Positions 58,366 through 63,346 of a stretch of 63,346 nucleotides of DNA are shown piece after piece. The stretch is taken from contig DATAOU010000222.1 in the NCBI GenBank assembly GCA_036265575.1, forward strand, positions 1-63,346, in the 5' to 3' direction. The stretch is from Pyrinomonadaceae bacterium. Its GTDB lineage: Bacteria > Acidobacteriota > Blastocatellia > Pyrinomonadales > Pyrinomonadaceae. The notes beneath the pieces are model-generated. The model made no database searches. It saw only the letters and a list, made by a program, of their open reading frames with translations, and had not been told where the DNA came from. The position numbers and the translations under genes were made by a program. Positions within the stretch are counted from its first letter, which is position 1; every line of letters starts with the position of its first letter.

Positions 58366-59466
58366 TCAATCAAACTGTTCCAAAAACCTCAAATCATTTT
58401 CGAAAAGCAGACGAATATCATCCAGCTCGTACATCAAAGCGCACATGCGGTCGATTCCCAGTCCAAAAGCAAAGCCCGAATAGATTTCCGGATCGACGCC
58501 CGCAGTCCGCAGGACGTTCGGATGGACCATGCCGGAACCGCCGAGCTCAATCCAGCCCGACTGCTTGCAGATGCGACAGCCCGAACCACCGCATTTGAAA
58601 CAACTGAAGTCAAACTCCGCGCTCGGCTCTGTAAAGGGAAAGTACGACGGGCGGAAGCGCGTCACGGTCTGCGCCCCAAACATGCGTCGCAGAAACTCGG
58701 CAACAGTCCCTTTCAAGTGGGCCATCGTGATTCCGCGATCAACGCATAGACCTTCAACCTGAAAGAACATTGGATTGTGCGTGGGGTCGGGCGTGTCGCG
58801 ACGAAAGACGCGGCCGGGAGCAATCATTCGCAGCGGCGCGCCGCGTCGTTGCATAGCGTGAATCTGCACCGTCGAAGTTTGCGACCGAAGCGCAAAGCCC
58901 TCGGTCGTATAAAAAGTGTCTTGCGGCGCGCGTGCCGGATGATTTGCAGGAATGTTCAGGGCGTCGAAATTGTAGAAGTCGGTTTCAATTTCCCGGTCGT
59001 CTTCAATTGCATATCCCAGCGAGACAAAAATGTCTTCAATGCGCTCTCGCATTCTCGTTATCGGATGAATATGTCCCTGACGTGGGCGCCGGCCCGGCAA
59101 CGTCACATCGATGCGGTCGCGCTCCCTACGTGCCGCTTGCAGCAAACCAGCAAGCGTCTCGTCAGCGGTTGTAATTCGCTCGGTAATCTCAGCTTCGGCC
59201 TGTTGCACTAACTGGCCGAAAGCTGCGCGCTCATCGGCGGCAACTTTGCCGATAAGCTTTTTGCAGGCAGCAAGGGCGCTTTTCTTGCCCATATGCCGAG
59301 TTCGCAAATCAGCCAGAGCTTTTTGTTCAGCCTCGGCGTCAGCCAAACTTAGGGACGGGGCAGAAGTATCCGTTAAGCGGACAAAGCGTTCGAACTCCTG
59401 CTCGAACGCTTTGCGTGCCGCCTGAACCTGGTGCTTTGGATCTTCCTGATTCGTGCTCTCGGTCAT
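58366..59466 (-). CDS. pheS: Phenylalanine--tRNA ligase alpha subunit
   Basis: 366-aa ORF. '[19 protein letters not shown]', '[22 protein letters not shown]' and '[16 protein letters not shown]' are the class II motifs. Confidence 0.93.
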   Translation of the reverse strand: MTESTNQEDPKHQVQAARKAFEQEFERFVRLTDTSAPSLSLADAEAEQKALADLRTRHMGKKSALAACKKLIGKVAADERAAFGQLVQQAEAEITERITTADETLAGLLQAARRERDRIDVTLPGRRPRQGHIHPITRMRERIEDIFVSLGYAIEDDREIETDFYNFDALNIPANHPARAPQDTFYTTEGFALRSQTSTVQIHAMQRRGAPLRMIAPGRVFRRDTPDPTHNPMFFQVEGLCVDRGITMAHLKGTVAEFLRRMFGAQTVTRFRPSYFPFTEPSAEFDFSCFKCGGSGCRICKQSGWIELGGSGMVHPNVLRTAGVDPEIYSGFAFGLGIDRMCALMYELDDIRLLFENDLRFLEQFD

Positions 59467-59514
59467 TGGTTATCGTCAACCATCTAATCCCGTCTTGCTT
59501 CCAAGAGGGGTGCC

Positions 59515-59895
59515 TTAAGCCGCAGCCTGCTCTTTCTTGTTCTCAATTGCGTTCTTAGCCTGCAGCGCGACTTCCGTAAAGGCCTCGGGCTGATTGACCG
59601 CGAGATCGGCGAGGACCTTGCGATCCAACTCAATTTCCGCAAGCTTCAAGCCGTGCATCAACTGCGAATAGTTCATTCCATTCAGGCGTGCCGCCGCGCC
59701 AATGCGCACAATCCAAAGACTGCGAAAATCGCGTTTCTTTAGTTTGCGGCCGGTGTACGCGAAATTTAATCCGCGCTCAACCGACTCTTTTGCAGAACGA
59801 TACAGTTTCGACTTGGTGCCGCGATAACCCTTCGCCAGCTTTAAAATTTTCTTGCGTCGTTCGAGACGCTTATTTCCACGTTTAGCTCTTGGCAT
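59515..59895 (-). CDS. rplT: 50S ribosomal protein L20
   Basis: 126-aa ORF '[26 protein letters not shown]...[11 protein letters not shown]'. Confidence 0.95.
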   Translation of the reverse strand: MPRAKRGNKRLERRKKILKLAKGYRGTKSKLYRSAKESVERGLNFAYTGRKLKKRDFRSLWIVRIGAAARLNGMNYSQLMHGLKLAEIELDRKVLADLAVNQPEAFTEVALQAKNAIENKKEQAAA

Positions 59896-59914
59896 AACTT
59901 CTCCTTAACTTTGT

Positions 59915-60030
59915 GCGACAAACTTTGGCTTGTCGCTACTTAACTCTGTCCGACAAACTTAGTTTGTCGCTACCTATCGCCGGATTCCGATGTGTTGAGA
60001 ATCACAAAGTCGACAAACTAAAGTTTGTCG
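59915..60030. repeat. Three copies of a ~20-nt perfect hairpin (CGACAAACT-n-AGTTTGTCG) in the rpmI-rplT spacer
   Basis: gcgacaaactttggcttgtcgc (59915-59936), cgacaaacttagtttgtcg (59951-59969) and cgacaaactaaagtttgtcg (60011-60030). The first two are flanked by TTAACT(T/C)TG. Confidence 0.85.
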
Positions 60031-60040
60031 GACATTTCAT

Positions 60041-60244
60041 CTAGTCTCTTCCGTAGGGCAGCATGGCTGCGACACGCCCGAGGTCGGATTTTGAAACCAG
60101 CCCGTCAATGTCGAGCAGCCGTTTTCGCTTGTTGGTTTTCTTTGTCAGGATATGGCGCGCGTGCGAGTGACCGCGTTTTACTTTTCCGCTGGCGGTCAAA
60201 CGAAAACGCTTTGCTGCACCCTTGTGCGTTTTTAGTTTTGGCAT
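60041..60244 (-). CDS. rpmI: 50S ribosomal protein L35
   Basis: 67-aa ORF '[36 protein letters not shown]'. Confidence 0.93.
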   Translation of the reverse strand: MPKLKTHKGAAKRFRLTASGKVKRGHSHARHILTKKTNKRKRLLDIDGLVSKSDLGRVAAMLPYGRD

Positions 60245-60255
60245 AATTTCCTCTC

Positions 60256-60400
60256 TTAACTCTGAAACTCTGAGATCTCATTGTTGAGATCTGATATCGA
60301 AAAACCTTCTCTTTAACTCTGGGATCTCATAATTGAGACCTGGATCGAAAAATCTCGTCTTTAACTCTGAGATCTCAAATTTGAGATCTGAAATCGAACT
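60256..60400. repeat. Three tandem ~50-nt units, each TTAACTCTG plus a GAGATCTCA-nnn-TGAGATCT hairpin, in the infC-rpmI spacer
   Basis: The TTAACTCTG motif occurs at 60256, 60313 and 60361. The hairpins are agatctca-ttgt-tgagatct, ggatctca-taat-tgagacc and agatctca-aatt-tgagatct. Confidence 0.85.
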
Positions 60401-60410
60401 CTCTTCGCGC

Positions 60411-61097
60411 TCAGCCAGCATCTGCCGGCTTGTCCGCTTCTACTTTCGGCTCCAGGTTATTTTCCACCTTGGGCGCTTCTGCTTTTGGTGCCGGCCTATT
60501 AGTCGCTGCAGCGGCCGCCGGAGGCTGATGTGTGGTTCCCTTATGCTTCTTCGGGCCCAGAATGATGAACATCTGGTTTCCTTCCATGCGGGGCCGCGCT
60601 TCTACTTCACCAACGTCAATCAGGTCTTTTTCCAGCCGTTCCAGGATGCGCGCGCCCAATTCACGATGCGTCATCTCGCGGCCGCGGAACCAGATCGTGG
60701 CTTTAACTTTGTCGCCTTCTTCCAGCCATTCGCGCGCATGCTTCATGCGATAACTGTAATCATGATCATCGGTGCCCGGCCGAAACTTAACTTCCTTGAC
60801 GGTGATCGTGACCTGCTTTTTCTTCGCCTCATTTGCCTTTTTCTTCGCTTCGTATTGAAACTTCCCGAAGTCGATGATGCGGCAAACCGGCGGATCCGCA
60901 GTTGCTGCCACTTCCACCAGGTCCAAACCTTTTTCCCGGGCGGCGCGAATTGCATCGCGAATATCCATTACACCAAGCTGTTCGCCCTCGTCCCCGATAA
61001 CGCGTACCTGGGGAACACGAATTCGTTCATTAATGCGGGCAATGGGCATGCGCCGGTTGTCCGGGCGCGAGCCGCGACCTCGAAAGCCTGTAGCTAT
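60411..61097 (-). CDS. infC: Translation initiation factor IF-3, proposed AUA start
   Basis: The track ORF (60411..61049) starts at '[27 protein letters not shown]'. The frame stays open upstream to an ATA at 61095-61097, which is preceded by AGGAGGTG with a 4-nt gap. The ATA start adds (M)[17 protein letters not shown]-3 genes classically use non-AUG starts. Confidence 0.85.
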   Translation of the reverse strand: MATGFRGRGSRPDNRRMPIARINERIRVPQVRVIGDEGEQLGVMDIRDAIRAAREKGLDLVEVAATADPPVCRIIDFGKFQYEAKKKANEAKKKQVTITVKEVKFRPGTDDHDYSYRMKHAREWLEEGDKVKATIWFRGREMTHRELGARILERLEKDLIDVGEVEARPRMEGNQMFIILGPKKHKGTTHQPPAAAAATNRPAPKAEAPKVENNLEPKVEADKPADAG

Positions 61098-61116
61098 ACC
61101 TCACCTCCTAAAGTTA

Positions 61117-61186
61117 GAGTTTCGAGTTTCGAGTTCCGAGTTCCGAGTTCAAGCCAACTCGAAACTAGAAACTAGAAACCCGAAAC
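61117..61186. repeat. Heptamer-repeat hairpin (GAGTTTC/GAGTTCC versus GAAACTC/GAAACTA) in the thrS-infC spacer
   Basis: Left arm gagtttcgagtttcgagttccgagttccgagttc (61117-61150). Right arm aactcgaaactagaaactagaaacccgaaac (61156-61186). The 7-mer family is the same as at 10814-10935. Confidence 0.85.
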
Positions 61187-63159
61187 TATGTATTAGTCAA
61201 CGCACGCAGCTCGACAAGCTGCCGCGCCATCTCAACAAAGTCATTGAGCGACATCACACCGATGTCGCCTTTGGTGCGCTCGCGAACCGCAACCATTCCC
61301 TGCTCCATTTCGCGATCTCCGAGCACGAGCATGAACGGAGTCTTCTGCATTTGGGCGTTGCGGATTTTTGCGCCGATCTTTTCACTCTTTAGGTTGGCCT
61401 CAACCCGCAACCCGGCAGCACGCAGTTCGGCTGAAACTTTTGCTGCATACTCGTTAACGCGATCGGTAATCGGCAGGATTGCAACCTGTACCGGCGCCAG
61501 CCACATAGGAAATGCGCCGGCGTAGTGCTCAATCAAAACGCCAAAGAAGCGCTCAATCGAACCGAACAACGCGCGATGGACCATGACCGGGCGGTGCGGT
61601 TTATTATCTTCGCCGATGTACTCAAGCTGAAAACGTTCGGGCAGGTTGAAATCCCACTGCACGGTGCCGAGCTGCCAAAGCCGGCCGATGGCGTCTTCAA
61701 CCTTGAAATCAATCTTCGGGCCGTAGAAAGCGGCTTCACCTTCGATGCGCTCATACTCGATGTTGCGCGCTTGCAGAGCGTCCGCCAGCGCAAGCTCCGC
61801 GTTTTGCCATTCGTCGTCTGAACCGAGCCATTCCTTCGAACGATCGTTACCCTTAACTGACAATTCAAACTTTATCTTCTCAAAGCCGAACGTCTTGAGT
61901 ACTGCATAGGCAAAGTCGACGCAATCGTCAATCTCTTTCCGCACCTGTTCGGGAGTGCAAAACAAATGCGCGTCATCGACCGTAAAACCGCGAACTCGCA
62001 TCAGCCCATGCAACGTCCCTGAGAGTTCCGCGCGATAAACGGTGCCCATCTCTGCGTATCGCTGCGGCAGGTCGCGATAGGAACGCTGTTGCGATTTGTA
62101 GATGCCGATATGAAACGGGCAATTCATCGGCTTAAGCCGAAACTCGGTCTCTTCAATCGTGGTCGGCGCAAACATTGAATCGCCGTAACTCTGTTCATGT
62201 CCGCTAATCCGCCAGAGTTCGCGCTTAGCGATGTGCGGCGTATAGACAAAACTATAATCTCGTTTGATCAATTCGCCGCGCAGATAGTCTTCCATTTGCT
62301 GGCGAATGATGCCGCCCTTGGGATGCCAGAAAATTAAGCCCTGGCCGTACTCTTCCTGAATTGAGAACAGATCGAGTTCCCTTCCCAACCGCCGATGGTC
62401 TCGTTTCTCGGCTTCCTCGCGCTGTTTCAGCCAGGCGTCCAACTCTTCCTGCGAGAAGAAAGCCGTGCCGTAGATGCGCTGCATCTGGGTATTGGCAGCG
62501 TCGCCTTTCCAATAGGCACCGGCCAGCGACAGCAACTTAAACGCGCGCAACTTGTTGGTGTTCGGCACGTGCGGCCCGAGACAAAAGTCGATGAACGGCG
62601 AACTATCGATGTAGTAAACACTGACGACCTCGCCGGCCTTCTCATCAATCAATTCGCACTTCAAGGGTTCGTCGCGCTCTTTAAAGATCTCGAGTGCTTT
62701 CGCCTTGGAAATCTCTTCGCGCCGGTAAGCAAGGTTGCGGCTGGCAATTTGCCGCATGCGCTTTTCGATAAGCGGCAGATCAGCTTCAGTTAAAGGCTGC
62801 GGCGCGATCACGTCATAGAAAAATCCGTAGCGCGGATCTTCCAACAGTGCCGGCCCTATGCCCAGCTTGGTGCCGGGAAACAAATCCAGAACCGCGGCCG
62901 CCAGCAAATGCGCAGTCGAATGACGCAGCACGTCTAAACCTTCGAGCGTTTGCGGCAGTACCGGCTCGATTTCGAGCGCCTCGTCGTTTTGCTGCACATC
63001 GAGCGTGAAGGCGAGATCAACTTCGCGGCCATTGACGCGCGCGGCCAAAGCCTGCTTCGCCGCTTCGCGGTCCAGCTTCTTCAGTGCTTCGCCGACAGTG
63101 ACCGGCGCAGGCATCTGCGTCGCTGGTCCCTGGCCAAGTTGTACGTTGATCTCACTCAT
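61186..63159 (-). CDS. thrS: Threonine--tRNA ligase
   Basis: 657-aa ORF with a TGS N-domain. '[11 protein letters not shown]', '[11 protein letters not shown]', '[14 protein letters not shown]' and an anticodon-binding C-terminus. It heads the thrS-infC-rpmI-rplT-pheST block. Confidence 0.95.
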   Translation of the reverse strand: MSEINVQLGQGPATQMPAPVTVGEALKKLDREAAKQALAARVNGREVDLAFTLDVQQNDEALEIEPVLPQTLEGLDVLRHSTAHLLAAAVLDLFPGTKLGIGPALLEDPRYGFFYDVIAPQPLTEADLPLIEKRMRQIASRNLAYRREEISKAKALEIFKERDEPLKCELIDEKAGEVVSVYYIDSSPFIDFCLGPHVPNTNKLRAFKLLSLAGAYWKGDAANTQMQRIYGTAFFSQEELDAWLKQREEAEKRDHRRLGRELDLFSIQEEYGQGLIFWHPKGGIIRQQMEDYLRGELIKRDYSFVYTPHIAKRELWRISGHEQSYGDSMFAPTTIEETEFRLKPMNCPFHIGIYKSQQRSYRDLPQRYAEMGTVYRAELSGTLHGLMRVRGFTVDDAHLFCTPEQVRKEIDDCVDFAYAVLKTFGFEKIKFELSVKGNDRSKEWLGSDDEWQNAELALADALQARNIEYERIEGEAAFYGPKIDFKVEDAIGRLWQLGTVQWDFNLPERFQLEYIGEDNKPHRPVMVHRALFGSIERFFGVLIEHYAGAFPMWLAPVQVAILPITDRVNEYAAKVSAELRAAGLRVEANLKSEKIGAKIRNAQMQKTPFMLVLGDREMEQGMVAVRERTKGDIGVMSLNDFVEMARQLVELRALTNT

Positions 63160-63167
63160 CTCTTGTT

Positions 63168-63195
63168 AGTAAATCGTGAATCGTGAATCGTAACC
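63168..63195. repeat. CGTGAAT/CGTAAAT heptamer run directly upstream of the thrS start
   Basis: agtaaatcgtgaatcgtgaatcgtaacc. I found no complementary arm before the window ends. Confidence 0.7.
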
Positions 63196-63346
63196 GAAGA
63201 TGACGGCTCGGTCGCTCAACACGGCGGCTCTGCCGCGATCCGTGCGGTAAGGCTTTGCCTTACCGGGCGTCAATTATCAATTCCTGAGGCTATGCCTCCG
63301 TAAGAGGCGCAACCTGAACCTGATTGCCAGGTTACGGAAAGCCATA

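Noticed and set aside
58241-58598. Plus-strand ORFs 58241..58483 and 58254..58598 with Lys-rich repetitive peptides.
   Set aside because: They are translations of the CTTTGGN/CCAAAGN heptamer hairpin and then run antisense into pheS.
60333-61392. Plus-strand ORFs of 280 aa (60333..61175) and 172 aa (60874..61392).
   Set aside because: They are antisense to infC and thrS and begin or end in repeat elements. The minus-strand products are unmistakable IF-3 and ThrRS.
63160-63346. A possible thrS leader regulatory structure (hairpins GGTAAGGCaaaGCCTTACC and AACCTGgcaatCAGGTT).
   Set aside because: The region is truncated by the window edge. I could not recognise T-box or ThrRS-operator (anticodon-loop mimic) features, so I leave it unannotated apart from the heptamer run.

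Overview
This 63.3 kb window looks like core chromosome, most consistent with an Acidobacteriota genome. That inference rests on a TIGR03436-type VWA protein, a CarboxypepD_reg-type TonB receptor, a DUF1800/DUF1501 pair and a giant SBBP-repeat protein. I saw no transposase, integrase, cas gene or CRISPR array. All product calls come from motifs I read in the translations; no BLAST or HMM search was possible.

About 55 CDS are present, almost all on the minus strand:
- 1-4004: a giant secreted SBBP/GSDH-like protein, open to the window edge and therefore missing from the ORF track.
- 4.2-8.0 kb: DUF1501/DUF1800 pair, followed by tRNA-Pro(CGG).
- 9.0-12.7 kb: ferredoxin-NADP reductase-like gene, dedA, pcm-surE and rpsU.
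- 13.0-15.0 kb: a 679-aa radical-SAM enzyme, possibly Tes/GDGT-MAS-like.
- 19.5-31.3 kb: a complete Tad/Flp pilus locus. It includes three tandem 53-aa flp pilin genes that fall below the ORF-track cutoff. Downstream it continues into an AAA+ ATPase, lytic transglycosylase, duplicated-domain protein and VWA module (15.3-19.5 kb).
- 32.1-37.7 kb: two large polytopic membrane proteins, a minimal M50 (S2P-like) protease and a sigma54 activator.
- 40.2-43.8 kb: a split B12 acyl-CoA mutase operon interrupted by a secreted-protein gene.
- 47.2-51.6 kb: an Atu/Liu-like acyl-CoA cluster.
- 53.6-55.9 kb: ymdB-like gene, zapA and a small coiled-coil (ZapB-like) protein gene.
- 56.0-63.2 kb: the conserved thrS-infC-rpmI-rplT-pheS-pheT block.

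The most unusual signal is non-genic. A dispersed family of heptanucleotide (7-nt period) tandem-repeat hairpins occupies many intergenic spacers. The same kind of repeat also sits in frame inside three coding genes, including essential pheT. I also propose a 6S-RNA-like ~205-nt rod with a central bubble downstream of zapA, and an AUA start codon for infC.
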